From an uncultured Acidobacteriota bacterium (lineage in GTDB: Bacteria; Acidobacteriota; Terriglobia; Acidiferrales; UBA7541): a stretch of DNA of 64,000 nucleotides. The DNA is taken from assembly GCA_963843265.1 (NCBI GenBank), contig CAWJJR010000010.1, positions 83,141 to 147,140 on the forward strand, read 5' to 3'. A program made the translations under genes and the position numbers. Shown here piece by piece: positions 36,773 through 46,666 of the stretch. Within the stretch, counting starts at the first letter, position 1. The number at the start of each line of letters is the position of its first letter. The notes below the pieces were generated by a model that had not been told where the DNA came from, did not search any database, and worked only from the letters and a program-made list of their open reading frames with translations.

Positions 36773-37495
36773 TCAAGACTTTGGCGCGAGAGTTTCCAAG
36801 CCCCGGTCAGCTTCATCCGATACCGCCGTGTTAGGAAATTCTTTTTTGAGCTGCTCATATACGTTCGCCGCTTCCTTGGGATCGCTCTGGCGCAACACTT
36901 CAGCCAGCTCGAGAAGCGCCAGAGGGCGCGGCACAAAGACCGAAGAGTGGTCGGCCAGGTTGCGGAAAACCTTGGCGGCATCGGCTGGTTTTCCAGCGCG
37001 CTCGTAAATGACTCCAATCTGGTATTGCGCCATGGCCGCTAGTTCTTTGTCTTTGCTGGAGCTGATCTTATTCAGTTCTTCGAGAGCCTGGTTTTGGTGA
37101 TCGAGGTCCTCTTGGCAGAGCGCGGCGTAGTAGGTGGCCAGCCGGCCAGGATTCGTGCTCGGATATTTTTTGGCTACGTCAGAAAATTTCTGCGCTGCGT
37201 CTTGGGCGCGCGCTTCTTCCGTGGGATAAAGAAGTTCGCCAGGATCGGACGGATCGGGGACCGTCCCGATTCGCGCGGAATAGGCTTTCATGGCCACATC
37301 GAGAGCGGCGGAGGCTTGCACCGTCTGGCGGTCCGTGTAGAAACGCCAGCCGGCATAGCCGACGGCAACGATCACGGCAACGAGGATGGCTCCGGCGAGA
37401 ATAGTAGTATGCGAAAAGACAGCTTCGGCGCCGTGCTCGATCGCATCGTGAATCTTGTCTTGCTTTAATTCCTTACGCGAAAGACGTTCCGCCAC
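36773..37495 (-). CDS. membrane-anchored TPR-like protein (YfgM-like)
   Basis: GTG 37495 is preceded by aggag. N-terminal KELKQDKIHDAIEHG, then TM (ILAGAILVAVIVAVGYAGW), then TPR-like helices. Confidence 0.7.
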   Translation of the reverse strand: MAERLSRKELKQDKIHDAIEHGAEAVFSHTTILAGAILVAVIVAVGYAGWRFYTDRQTVQASAALDVAMKAYSARIGTVPDPSDPGELLYPTEEARAQDAAQKFSDVAKKYPSTNPGRLATYYAALCQEDLDHQNQALEELNKISSSKDKELAAMAQYQIGVIYERAGKPADAAKVFRNLADHSSVFVPRPLALLELAEVLRQSDPKEAANVYEQLKKEFPNTAVSDEADRGLETLAPKS

Positions 37496-37657
37496 AAACG
37501 ATCTCCTAAATAGATTGGGATGTTTAATCTTAACACAAGATACGGGCCTGCTGTCTCCGCGCTTTGCGGCTGATGCGCAGCGAGGCCACAATCTTACCGT
37601 TGCAACATGGAGCGGAAGAGATCACAACTCCATCGCACGCGCAGGTGTTAAATTAGA

Positions 37658-38194
37658 GTGATGCAAGCTGCGTGCGTCCATTGCGGAACCGAGCACAAGC
37701 TGAAGGATGCCGACTCGAGCGTCCACCCGCAGGTACAATTTAAGTGCTCAAAATGCGGGAAAACCACGGTTGTGGAACTCAAACGCCGCCCGGACCAAAC
37801 TGTGGTGATCAGCCCGCTGCCTTCCTTTGCCCGAGCGGACGCTTCGCACTCGAATTTACAACTCCCGCCCGCAGATGATGGATTGAAGCTTCCTGAGGAC
37901 GGCGTCTTCGTGCTTGCGATCACGTCGGGTCCGGCGAGCGGCGAGGTTTTCCGCCTGGCGCAACCTCGAGTTGTGATCGGGCGAACCGGCGCAGACATCC
38001 CTTTGAATGACCCGGAAATTTCCCGGTACCACTGCTTGCTGGAAGTGCGGGACAAGTTTATTAACTTGAAGGATCTCAACTCGACCAATGGAACGTTCTA
38101 TGATGAGGAGCGCGTGCGGGCGGCCATGCTGCAAGACGGGTCCGAGTTTCGCATCGGTGAGAGCCGGATTCGTGTAAGCCTCCAGAAAAAATGA
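37658..38194 (+). CDS. zinc-ribbon / FHA domain protein
   Basis: N-terminal CVHCG...CSKCG ribbon. C-terminal FHA (VVIGRTGADIPLNDPEISRYHCLLEV...NSTNGTFYDE). Confidence 0.85.
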   Translation: MMQAACVHCGTEHKLKDADSSVHPQVQFKCSKCGKTTVVELKRRPDQTVVISPLPSFARADASHSNLQLPPADDGLKLPEDGVFVLAITSGPASGEVFRLAQPRVVIGRTGADIPLNDPEISRYHCLLEVRDKFINLKDLNSTNGTFYDEERVRAAMLQDGSEFRIGESRIRVSLQKK

Positions 38195-38291
38195 CGCTTG
38201 CTCTCCGTCCCGAGCCTCGCAAATTACAACCTGAGCCTGCTCGGTCCTAAGTGTAAGATAGGCGTGCCGGCATTTTGCTCCGACACACTCG

Positions 38292-39068
38292 ATGAATCGC
38301 CTCTCCGTTTGTTTGATCACGCTAAATGAAGAGCACAATCTGCCGCGCGCCCTGGCGTCGCTGCACGAAATTGCTGACGAAATCGTTGTGGTCGACTCCG
38401 GCAGCACGGACCGGACGGAAGCGATCGCTCGCGAGCATGGTGCGGCATTCTTTGAGCGCGCATGGACAAATTACTCGGAACAAAAGAATTTCGCGGCGGA
38501 GCGTGCACAGAACGATTGGATTTTGTCGCTGGACGCTGACGAGGAGCTGAGCAGTCCGCTGAAAACTTCGCTGCTCGATTGGAAGAAGCACGAGCCCAAA
38601 TTCAGCGTCTACGAAATGGCCCGAAAAACGTGGTATCTGGGAGCGTGGGTCGAACACTCCGGCTGGTATCCCGATTTTCAACGACGCCTCTACCGGCGGG
38701 AGACGGCACAGTTTTCAGGAATCATCCACGAGGCGCTGCGCTTCGAAGGCCAGACGGGACGTCTCTTGGGCGATTTGCTGCATTACACGGTGCGGTCGTT
38801 TGCCGATCACGAGGCGAAGGTCGAGCGGTACACCACGCTCGCCGCTCAGCAAATGTTTGACGCCGGGAAGCGAAGCTGGAAGAGCGCGATGTGGCTAGCG
38901 ACACCGTGGAGCTGGTTTCAGAATTATTTTTTGCGAAGTGGATTTTTGGACGGATACCGCGGCGCGCTGATATCCCAAATGGCGGCACGCTCCGTGCGGT
39001 TGAAATACGCAAAGCTGGGCAAATTAATTGGACAAGGACGACGGAGCACCGACGGGGGAAACCCGTGA
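38292..39068 (+). CDS. family 2 glycosyltransferase
   Basis: VCLITLNEEHNL, VVVDSGSTD and SLDADE (DxD) motifs. Confidence 0.88.
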   Translation: MNRLSVCLITLNEEHNLPRALASLHEIADEIVVVDSGSTDRTEAIAREHGAAFFERAWTNYSEQKNFAAERAQNDWILSLDADEELSSPLKTSLLDWKKHEPKFSVYEMARKTWYLGAWVEHSGWYPDFQRRLYRRETAQFSGIIHEALRFEGQTGRLLGDLLHYTVRSFADHEAKVERYTTLAAQQMFDAGKRSWKSAMWLATPWSWFQNYFLRSGFLDGYRGALISQMAARSVRLKYAKLGKLIGQGRRSTDGGNP

Positions 39069-40159
39069 AGGTGCTGCTCGTGGACCTCGAGAGGGCCTGG
39101 CGTGGCGGACAAAATCAAGCTCTCTTAATTCTAAAAGGACTGCTTGCGCGTGGTCATGAAGCGGAATTGGTAGCCGCAAATGGATCCGCGCTGGGAGAGC
39201 GCGCCGCGCAGAATGGCGTGCGTGTACATTTCGTATCGCGAGGAATGTTTCGATTTCCTGCTGCGTGGAAAGTCGGCGAATTGGTGCGGCGGGGCGGATT
39301 TGAAATCGTCCATGCAAATGAAGCGCATGCTGTTTCCGCTGTGTGGCTCGCGCGAGTTCACAAGCGCATTCCATTCTTGATTTCGCGCCGCGTAGGATAT
39401 CCCATCGGCAAAAGCCGGGCCTCGCGGGCTCGGTATGAAGCAGCGGCCTGCATCCTAGCGAATTCAAAGTGGGTTGCGGACCAAGCGGCTAACTCGGGAG
39501 CGCCGCGGGCGAAATTGACCGTAGTTTACGAAGGCGCGGAGATTCCGCCGAGATTTACCGAAGAACAGAGACGCGCCGCTCGTTCTCGCTGGAGAATTTC
39601 CAACGATTCGCCCTTGCTCGGTTGCGTCGGGGTCTTGCTGGCGGACAAGGGCCAGGAGTGGCTCATCCGCGCGCTTGTCGAGCTGCGCAAGGCATTTCCA
39701 AGCGCAAAACTACTACTGGCCGGAGATGGACCGTGCCGACCGAAACTCGAGGCACTCGCGCGAGAACTAGGGATCGCGGACGCCGTTTTGCTTCCCGGCT
39801 TCGTAAAAGAAGTGGAAACCGTCTACGCCGCACTTGACGTTTTTCTCTTGCCCTCCTTTTTTGAAGCCTTGAACAATTCCCTCCTTGCGGCGATGGCTTA
39901 TGAGATTCCCTCCATTGCGTTCGAGCGCGGCGCGCTTGGAGAAATTATCGAAAATGAAAAGAGCGGTCTGCTGGTGTCCGGACCGGACGTGCCCGAAATC
40001 ACAACTGCGGTGAGAAGAATCCTAAAGGATCGGGACTTTGCGGCAAGCCTTGGGAGAGATGGACGCAAACAAATCGAACAGAATTTTTCCGCGGGGAAGA
40101 TGGTTGATGAGATGGTGCGCGTCTACGGCGAAACCTTACGAACGAAAACGGGATCATAG
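39065..40159 (+). CDS. family 4 (GT-B) glycosyltransferase
   Basis: GTG 39065 overlaps the GT2 stop (GTGA). VKVLLVDLERAWRGGQ N-terminus. C-terminal E-x7-E context FEALNNSLLAAMAYEIP. Confidence 0.85.
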   Translation: MKVLLVDLERAWRGGQNQALLILKGLLARGHEAELVAANGSALGERAAQNGVRVHFVSRGMFRFPAAWKVGELVRRGGFEIVHANEAHAVSAVWLARVHKRIPFLISRRVGYPIGKSRASRARYEAAACILANSKWVADQAANSGAPRAKLTVVYEGAEIPPRFTEEQRRAARSRWRISNDSPLLGCVGVLLADKGQEWLIRALVELRKAFPSAKLLLAGDGPCRPKLEALARELGIADAVLLPGFVKEVETVYAALDVFLLPSFFEALNNSLLAAMAYEIPSIAFERGALGEIIENEKSGLLVSGPDVPEITTAVRRILKDRDFAASLGRDGRKQIEQNFSAGKMVDEMVRVYGETLRTKTGS

Positions 40160-40232
40160 CTTTTCTCTCAGCCAGCGCTGGTAAGCGAGTTAGCCGACCC
40201 AGAGGACGCTTTCTGACCATAAGCCGCACACC

Positions 40233-40291
40233 AAAAAGATGAAGCGCCGGGCGGCTCCTTCTCCTTCCGCACGGCGCTTCACCTTTTTTTA
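40233..40291. terminator. bidirectional intrinsic terminator
   Basis: Stem 40241-40254 / 40267-40280 (gaagcgccgggcgg / ccgcacggcgcttc, 13 bp plus 1 mismatch), 12-nt loop. Flanked by aaaaag upstream and ttttttt downstream. Lies between convergent genes. Confidence 0.75.
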
Positions 40292-40374
40292 ATTTTGCGC
40301 AAGTTTTCTGACTTCTCTTGTTCCAGGCGTTCCCTCCTATCCGCTTGCCGATTTACGTCAAGCTATCTTGGGGA

Positions 40375-40689
40375 TTAAACAACCCATCGCCCTTTTGGCT
40401 CGAGAAACTCCACGCCAACCGCAAAGCCGTCGCCTTGCAATGGATGGCAGTAAGCAACCCGGGCCGAGGAGCGAAACTCTCCGGTGCGCGAAACAAAGGT
40501 CAGGCGTTCGCCTTGTTCCCAGCGGCGGGTGCTCACCACCCGCGCGCCGCGCGCACTCACATTTTCCGTAAAAGTTGATTCCGTGCCGGGCAGTTGCCGA
40601 TGACCGTCGAGCACGACGGGAATCTCCATCGGGATGCGGCGCTCGACGCGGTGAAAAGAAAAAACATGCCTGTTGGATTTGACCGGCAT
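40375..40689 (-). CDS. PilZ domain protein
   Basis: 104 aa; RVERR (RxxxR) and NVSARG (D/NxSxxG) c-di-GMP-binding motifs. Confidence 0.85.
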   Translation of the reverse strand: MPVKSNRHVFSFHRVERRIPMEIPVVLDGHRQLPGTESTFTENVSARGARVVSTRRWEQGERLTFVSRTGEFRSSARVAYCHPLQGDGFAVGVEFLEPKGRWVV

Positions 40690-40695
40690 TCATCC

Positions 40696-42057
40696 TCACA
40701 AGCACGCTGCAATCCGCGTGAGATTTTTGACGTTGCTGCCGCCAATGCGGCGCTTCATTCCATAGAGCGCACGGTCCGCAGCACCCAAAAGCTTTTCCGG
40801 CGTATCGCCATCTTCGGGAAAGCCGGCCACTCCGGCGCTGACGGAAAGCGCGGGAGGCTCAGCTTCCGCGGAGAGACGCTCACGGATGCGCGAAACCACA
40901 CGGGTGGCAATATCGGGGCCGGCTTCGGGAAGCACGAGAGCGAATTCGTCTCCGCCATAACGCGCGGCCGTGTCGATGGCGCGCGAATGGCTGCGAAGAA
41001 TCTTCGAAAGGCGAACGATGGCCCGGCTTCCGGTGAGATGGCCGTAATGATCGTTAATGGTCTTGAGCCCATCCATGTCCAAAAGCACGACGCTGAATGG
41101 GCGCTGCGTGCGGCGTGAGCGGTCCAGCTCCGCCTCCAGCACGCTGATGAGACGGCGATAATTGGCCAGGCCCGTCAGCGGATCGGTAACGGCCATCGAA
41201 CGAACTTGATCAAAGAGTCGCGCCTGATCCAGCAGCGCGCCGGAAAGCATGACCACGTAGCTGGCAGTCTTGCTCAGCTCCGCGAGGAAGAATGGGCCAT
41301 CGAACAGATGGCGAGAAAATGCAGCGCTGAGGTGGCAAACCACATTAAGGGAGGCCACGGCGAAGAGAGCGTAGTCGTAAAGACTCGCCGCGTTCTTATT
41401 GTTCTTACTATCCCGGAGGCGCTGTCCGAAGCAAATGGCAGCAAGAAGGAAGAGTGAGCCCGGAAGCAAATCCCAGGGACGCGAGATAAGACTGGCGACG
41501 TGAGCAACCGGCGCCGAAGGCGCAGCGAGAAAAGAAAGGCTTGTAAGATACGCGGCGATGACGACCACTAGGACGGCACCTGCAGTTTCTTTGCTAGGTT
41601 GCCGCGCAGTGGGGATATAGCGCTCAACGGCGATGGCTGAGAGCAAGAGAACGGCGAGAATCGTCCTTCCGACCATCCAGCCCATCGGGATTCTTGTTAG
41701 CGCCGCAGGACCAGACTGCAGCACATCATTTAGGCCGAAGTATCCGACCGTCTCAATGATTCCTGATAAGACAAAGCCGAACGCTAGAATTAGTGCGGTG
41801 CGGTCGTGCGTGCCGCGAAACCTTACGAGCGCGTTTGCCGCGTAGCAAAAGCTGACCAGCGTGCCGCCGATTTCAAGATAAAGGTATGCCTCAGGGGATC
41901 CGGAAATGGCCGCCTGTCGCAGGTAGAAGATGGCACCGAAGACAAGCCACGTCGCGGCTACCGCGGCAGCGATCAGGACACGCGACCGCTCCTTCCGAAG
42001 AAACCCGACGATTTGGCCCCAACCACCCACGAAACCCCCCAAATGCCGAAGAAACAA
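40696..42057 (-). CDS. membrane-bound diguanylate cyclase (GGDEF)
   Basis: A multi-TM N-terminal half, then GGDEF: DPLTGLANYRR, LLDMDGLKTINDHYGH and RYGGDEFALVL. Confidence 0.9.
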   Translation of the reverse strand: MFLRHLGGFVGGWGQIVGFLRKERSRVLIAAAVAATWLVFGAIFYLRQAAISGSPEAYLYLEIGGTLVSFCYAANALVRFRGTHDRTALILAFGFVLSGIIETVGYFGLNDVLQSGPAALTRIPMGWMVGRTILAVLLLSAIAVERYIPTARQPSKETAGAVLVVVIAAYLTSLSFLAAPSAPVAHVASLISRPWDLLPGSLFLLAAICFGQRLRDSKNNKNAASLYDYALFAVASLNVVCHLSAAFSRHLFDGPFFLAELSKTASYVVMLSGALLDQARLFDQVRSMAVTDPLTGLANYRRLISVLEAELDRSRRTQRPFSVVLLDMDGLKTINDHYGHLTGSRAIVRLSKILRSHSRAIDTAARYGGDEFALVLPEAGPDIATRVVSRIRERLSAEAEPPALSVSAGVAGFPEDGDTPEKLLGAADRALYGMKRRIGGSNVKNLTRIAACL

Positions 42058-42342
42058 CTACAACGACGGGAGATTGCAAGTTTGTGCCCTTTCCGGAGGC
42101 AAAATCTCAGTCCGTAAGCAGCTGAAATTAAAATGGTTACAGACTTGATGGGAGAAGAACGAGCGGGGCCTGTTCAGGCGAGACGCGAATGCAGACTTAG
42201 GGATACAAGCGTTGGAGATTTATCGTCTTTGTTCCCTTAGAGTTACCGGCAATTCGTACTGTATCAACCACAAAACGTAGGGCGTCTCACTGTGAGACTG
42301 TCTCAACTGTCAAAATGTCTCGCCCCAGTCGTATTTTGGATC

Positions 42343-42576
42343 TTAAACCTTGGGCGCCGGCGGCAGGAGATCGCGAGCAACGACGGGGTCGTTGAAGCCT
42401 GAAGTCTTGTGTGAGCCATCGCAAAATGGCTTATTCGCGGAATGGCCACAGCGGCAGAGGCCGATGGAAGTGCGTCCAGCCAAACCAAAGGGCCGACCCG
42501 TGGGATCGACAATTTCAAAATCCCCCTCGACACGAATTGAGCCGTTGTTGTTGATGGTAATTTTGGTAGCAGCCAT
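42343..42576 (-). CDS. CDGSH iron-sulfur domain protein
   Basis: 77 aa; CRCGHSANKPFCDGSH is the CDGSH 2Fe-2S signature. Confidence 0.88.
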   Translation of the reverse strand: MAATKITINNNGSIRVEGDFEIVDPTGRPFGLAGRTSIGLCRCGHSANKPFCDGSHKTSGFNDPVVARDLLPPAPKV

Positions 42577-42671
42577 GCAGGCCTCCGAAAAAGTTGAAAG
42601 CGCGTCTAACGTTTCGCCTCGGACGCGCTTTCAAGCTTACGCAGAGTTTCACGCGAACTCAAGGAAACGGC

Positions 42672-43886
42672 TCAATATTTGGGAACGCTGGGATCAACCT
42701 CATCCGACCAGGCAAGGATTCCACCCTTGAGATTGAGAATTTTGCGAAAACCCGCCCTGCGCAGAAAATCCACCGCTTCCGCCGAGCGCTTTCCGCTGCG
42801 GCAGTGCGCCACGATTTCCCGGGAAGAGTCCAGTTCGTGAACGCGCCGCGGCAACTCGCCGAGGGGAATCAAATGGCCGTTCAGATTGCAGATCTGAAAT
42901 TCGTGCGGTTCGCGAACGTCCAGTATATACAGATCATCTCCACGGTCGAGGCGCGATTTCAGCTCGCGCGGAGTAATTTCCGGGACCTGGACATCGGGAG
43001 CGGGAGCTTCTTCGCCACGTACGCCGCAGAATTCGTAGTAGTCGATGAGTTTGTGGATAGTGCGATGCTCGCCGCACATGGGGCAGTTGGGATTTTTGCG
43101 CAGCCTGAGTTCGCGGAATTTCATTCCAAGCGCGTCGAAGAGCAGCAAGCGCCCAACCAAATTCTCGCCGCGGCCAAGAATCAATTTGATTGTTTCCATG
43201 GCCTGTATGGAGCCGACGATGCCCGGCAAAACCCCAAGCACGCCGCCTTCGGCGCAGGACGGGACCAGTCCCGGCGGCGGCGGTTCCGGATAGAGGCAGC
43301 GGTAGCACGGCCCTTCCGGCATGCCGAACACCGTGGCCTGTCCCTCAAAGCGAAAGATCGACCCGTATACGTTTGGCTTGCCGAGAAGGATGCAGGCATC
43401 ATTGACGAGATAGCGCGTCGGGAAATTGTCGGTGCCATCCACGATGACGTCGAAATCCTTGAAAAGCTCTAGCGCATTTTCGCTGGTGAGTTTTGTTTCG
43501 AAGGTATCAATCTGAATGTCCGGGTTCAGATTGGCAAGCCGTGCTTGAGCCGCTTGCGCCTTTGGCTTGCCAACATCACTCGAACCAAAGGTGACTTGCC
43601 GCTGAAGGTTCGTGAAATCCACGACATCGAAATCGACAAGCCCTAGCCGGCCAACGCCTGCCGCAGCAAGATAGAGTCCGAGCGGAGCGCCAAGACCGCC
43701 GGTCCCTATGAGCAGAACTTTGGCGTTCTTGAGTTTCAGCTGACCATCCATGCCTACTTCCGGCATGATCAGGTGGCGGCTGTAGCGAAGTATCTCTTCG
43801 TTGGAAAGACTGGTGACCGGCTTCGTTCCGGTTTGAGGCTGCAGTGTCGTGGCCATTGCAAAAACTCCCCGTCTACTAAGAATCAT
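42672..43886 (-). CDS. moeZ: MoeB/ThiF-type adenylyltransferase with C-terminal rhodanese domain (MoeZ-like)
   Basis: RYSRHLIMPEVG, LLIGTGGLGAPLGLYLAAAGVG, the CYRCLYP...CAEGGVLG zinc site, and rhodanese AHCRSGKRS. ATG 43886 overlaps the cysO stop (ATGA). An alternative start at 43856 has ggggag upstream. Confidence 0.9.
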   Translation of the reverse strand: MILSRRGVFAMATTLQPQTGTKPVTSLSNEEILRYSRHLIMPEVGMDGQLKLKNAKVLLIGTGGLGAPLGLYLAAAGVGRLGLVDFDVVDFTNLQRQVTFGSSDVGKPKAQAAQARLANLNPDIQIDTFETKLTSENALELFKDFDVIVDGTDNFPTRYLVNDACILLGKPNVYGSIFRFEGQATVFGMPEGPCYRCLYPEPPPPGLVPSCAEGGVLGVLPGIVGSIQAMETIKLILGRGENLVGRLLLFDALGMKFRELRLRKNPNCPMCGEHRTIHKLIDYYEFCGVRGEEAPAPDVQVPEITPRELKSRLDRGDDLYILDVREPHEFQICNLNGHLIPLGELPRRVHELDSSREIVAHCRSGKRSAEAVDFLRRAGFRKILNLKGGILAWSDEVDPSVPKY

Positions 43887-44176
43887 TGAGCTTTATCGGG
43901 AGAACCGCCGGCAATAGACGGAATGATGCTGATGGTGTCCCCGTCTTTTGTAGGTGTGTTTTCCTTCGCCAAATAACGGATGTCTTCGTCGTTGAGATAC
44001 ACGTTTACAAATGCGCGCAGCTTGCCTTCTTCGGTAAACAGATGCTTGCGCAACTCAGCGAATTCGCTGGTAAGCCCGCTGAGCGCTTCGCCGACCGTCG
44101 CGGCGCTGAACTCCGCGGAATGGCGCTTCCCTGCGTAAACCCGAAGCGGCGTCGGAATCATAACCTTCACTGCCAT
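43883..44176 (-). CDS. cysO: MoaD/ThiS-family sulfur carrier protein (CysO-like) with a 6-aa extension after the GG motif
   Basis: 97 aa; FVNVYLNDEDIRY...GDTISIIPSIAGG followed by SPDKAQ. Located between the JAMM and MoeZ genes. Confidence 0.85.
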   Translation of the reverse strand: MAVKVMIPTPLRVYAGKRHSAEFSAATVGEALSGLTSEFAELRKHLFTEEGKLRAFVNVYLNDEDIRYLAKENTPTKDGDTISIIPSIAGGSPDKAQ

Positions 44177-44242
44177 TTTCTAACTCCTCCGAATCCTTGA
44201 AATCCACAGCCTGGCGCAAAGAACGGCCGCACGGAAGCCCAC

Positions 44243-44743
44243 TTAGCTCTGGATCGCCGCATGTTGCCGAATCTCGATCCCTTCGGGTGAAAATTCCTGG
44301 CGGTCGTCGTTGAGACGCCAGGAATTCATGTCCGCGGCCGCGCCGTGATTGACGCTCACGATGATGTAGCTGTACCACGGCCAAGCGTGGACACGATCGT
44401 ATTCACTGGGGCGCGCCGGATGATCCGGATGCGAATGATACCAGCCGATGATCTCCAGGCCCTGCTCTTGCGCCGCCAACTCTGCTGTGCGCACGTCCTC
44501 TGCCATAACCATAAATCGATTGCGCGGCGAATCTCCATTGCGATTGGCTAACGGAAAAAGCCCCAGCACTTCGCGAGGTGCCGCGATCTTCTCTTCAGCG
44601 TCAGTCTCATCTTTTGAAACTTCCGAATCGCGCCCCAAAAGCGCGCCACAGCATTCGTGAGGGTACGTTTCCACACCATGTTCGCGAATCTTTTCCGCGA
44701 GGTGGCTGCTGATCCAAAGTGCGGTGTCGCTCGGCATGGTCAC
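44243..44743 (-). CDS. mec: JAMM/MPN+ metalloprotease (Mec-like)
   Basis: 166 aa; ECCGALLG (Glu) and HSHPDHPARPSEYD (HxHx7Sx2D) JAMM motifs. Confidence 0.88.
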   Translation of the reverse strand: MTMPSDTALWISSHLAEKIREHGVETYPHECCGALLGRDSEVSKDETDAEEKIAAPREVLGLFPLANRNGDSPRNRFMVMAEDVRTAELAAQEQGLEIIGWYHSHPDHPARPSEYDRVHAWPWYSYIIVSVNHGAAADMNSWRLNDDRQEFSPEGIEIRQHAAIQS

Positions 44744-45741
44744 TCTTCGTCCCAGAAGCGTTCGGTCAGGTACTTGGACGCGGAATCGGCAAAAACGGTC
44801 ACAATTACGGCACGTTCATTCGGCGCAAGGCCTTTTGCCACTTGGAAAGAGCCGAGCAATGCGGCGGCCGCGCTGGGACTCACTAGCAAGCCCTCTTCTC
44901 GCGCGATCCGCTTCACCATGCCATAGGCGGCCTCGGTGCCGACTTCAAAATTCTCATCCGCCAGCGTGTCGTCATAAATCGCGGGGCGCAGCGCAGTCTC
45001 CATGTGCTTCCAGCCTTCCAAGCCATGAAACGCGGCGTCTGGCTGAAGGCTGACGCATCGAATCGATGGATTCAATTCCTTCAACCGGCGCGCTGTCCCG
45101 ACAAACGTTCCGCCCGTACCCAGAGCCGCGACAAAATGTGTGATGTTGCCTTGGGTCTGCTCCCAAATTTCGTTAGCAGTGGTGCGGTAGTGCGCCTGCC
45201 AATTGGCGGGATTGCTGTACTGATCTGCATAGAAATACTTCTCTGGATTGGCTGCAACGATCTCCTGAACCCGCCGAATCGCGCCGTCCGTGCCCTCGTC
45301 GCCTGAAGTCATAACGAGTTCCGCCCCCAAAGCGCCCAGAATACGTTTGCGCTCGTGCGAGGCACTGTCTGGCAAGCAAAGCTTCACAGGATAGCCGAGC
45401 GCCGCGCTAAGCATGGCATACGCAATTCCTGTATTCCCGCTGGTAGCATCAATGATGGTTTTGCCCGGCCGGAGTGCACCGCTGGCGAGTCCTGCCTGGA
45501 TCATGCTCAGCGCAGCGCGGTCCTTGACCGAGCCTCCGGGGTTGCACCACTCTACTTTCGCGCAGAATTCCACATTCGGGAATTCCCGGCCAACTCGCAA
45601 GAGCCGCAAAAGCGGTGTGTTACCGACCAACTCAAACAAAGTCCTCCCCCCAACTCCCGGCCGCACTTCTGCCTGGTTGGAGGGCGTTTGGTCTGAAGCA
45701 GCAACTGCGTTCAAAGTGGCCATGCTTGAAAATTGCCTCAC
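44740..45741 (-). CDS. cysM: cysteine synthase family PLP enzyme (CysM-like)
   Basis: NPGGSVKDRAAL (PLP-Lys), TSGNTGIAYA and GTGGTFVG motifs. Overlaps mec by 4 nt. Confidence 0.9.
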   Translation of the reverse strand: MRQFSSMATLNAVAASDQTPSNQAEVRPGVGGRTLFELVGNTPLLRLLRVGREFPNVEFCAKVEWCNPGGSVKDRAALSMIQAGLASGALRPGKTIIDATSGNTGIAYAMLSAALGYPVKLCLPDSASHERKRILGALGAELVMTSGDEGTDGAIRRVQEIVAANPEKYFYADQYSNPANWQAHYRTTANEIWEQTQGNITHFVAALGTGGTFVGTARRLKELNPSIRCVSLQPDAAFHGLEGWKHMETALRPAIYDDTLADENFEVGTEAAYGMVKRIAREEGLLVSPSAAAALLGSFQVAKGLAPNERAVIVTVFADSASKYLTERFWDEE

Positions 45742-45940
45742 AGCCGTCTCGATATGCGACCAGTTTACTCCGAATTAGATGCGTTCCACCAGTTTGATGG
45801 TATAGCCTGATTTTAGCACGAGTTAGAACGAATCACCCTAAGATGAGTCGAGAATCGCTATTGTTTCCATTCGCTGCCTCAGTTCCAGAATCCGCAGCTT
45901 TGCCTCGATCCTCGTTAACACCCATGTAGCTCTTGGCGTC

Positions 45941-46666
45941 TTGCTCTCCGAAATGATCTCCGCACTCCGAAACGCAGGGAGTGGAACCTTAGTTGACTCG
46001 CGGCTTACAATCGGGGACTGTCGAGCGGTGAGCACTTCGCCTCCTCCCCAAGCTTCCGACGATTCTTCGCTCGTTCTGGCTGCACGCGAGGGCGACCGTG
46101 CGGCTTTTGGTGCGCTCTACGCAAGGTACGCGCGCATGGTTCACGGCATTTTGCTCGCGCGGGTTCCTCCAAACGACGTGGATGACCTTGTTCAGGACGT
46201 TTTTCTGCGTGCGCTACCCAATCTAGGTCATCTGCGCGACGTCGCCCGGTTCGGGCCGTGGCTGGCAGCCATCGCGCGCAACCGGGCCAATGATCATTAT
46301 CGGCAGTGCAAATCCGTGGCTTCACTGACCGACAGCCTATCCGAAGAGGAACCAGATTTACCTGCGCCAAGCAGTGTTCCCGAGGCAGAGGCGGCGGTGA
46401 TCTTGGCGTTCGTTCGCAAGCTCCCGGAAGCCTATAGCGAAACGCTGATATTACGTTTAGTGGAGGGCATGACGGGACCGGAAATTGCGGCCCGCACCGG
46501 CCTGACTCCCGGGTCCGTGCGCGTGAATTTGCACCGAGGCATGCAGCAGCTTCGGGAGAAGCTAAACCAAGCGGCGCCCGGTGGTTCGATTCAGCAGAGT
46601 GGCCGCGCCGCCCGAACTTCAGCGGCACAGGATAAGAACGCATTGCGCAAAGGGAACCAACCATGA
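45941..46666 (+). CDS. ECF-type RNA polymerase sigma factor
   Basis: Region 2 DDLVQDVFLRAL...WLAAIARNRANDHYR and region 4 LRLVEGMTGPEIAARTGLTPGSVRVNLHRGMQQL. The true start may be GTG 46028. Confidence 0.88.
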   Translation: MLSEMISALRNAGSGTLVDSRLTIGDCRAVSTSPPPQASDDSSLVLAAREGDRAAFGALYARYARMVHGILLARVPPNDVDDLVQDVFLRALPNLGHLRDVARFGPWLAAIARNRANDHYRQCKSVASLTDSLSEEEPDLPAPSSVPEAEAAVILAFVRKLPEAYSETLILRLVEGMTGPEIAARTGLTPGSVRVNLHRGMQQLREKLNQAAPGGSIQQSGRAARTSAAQDKNALRKGNQP

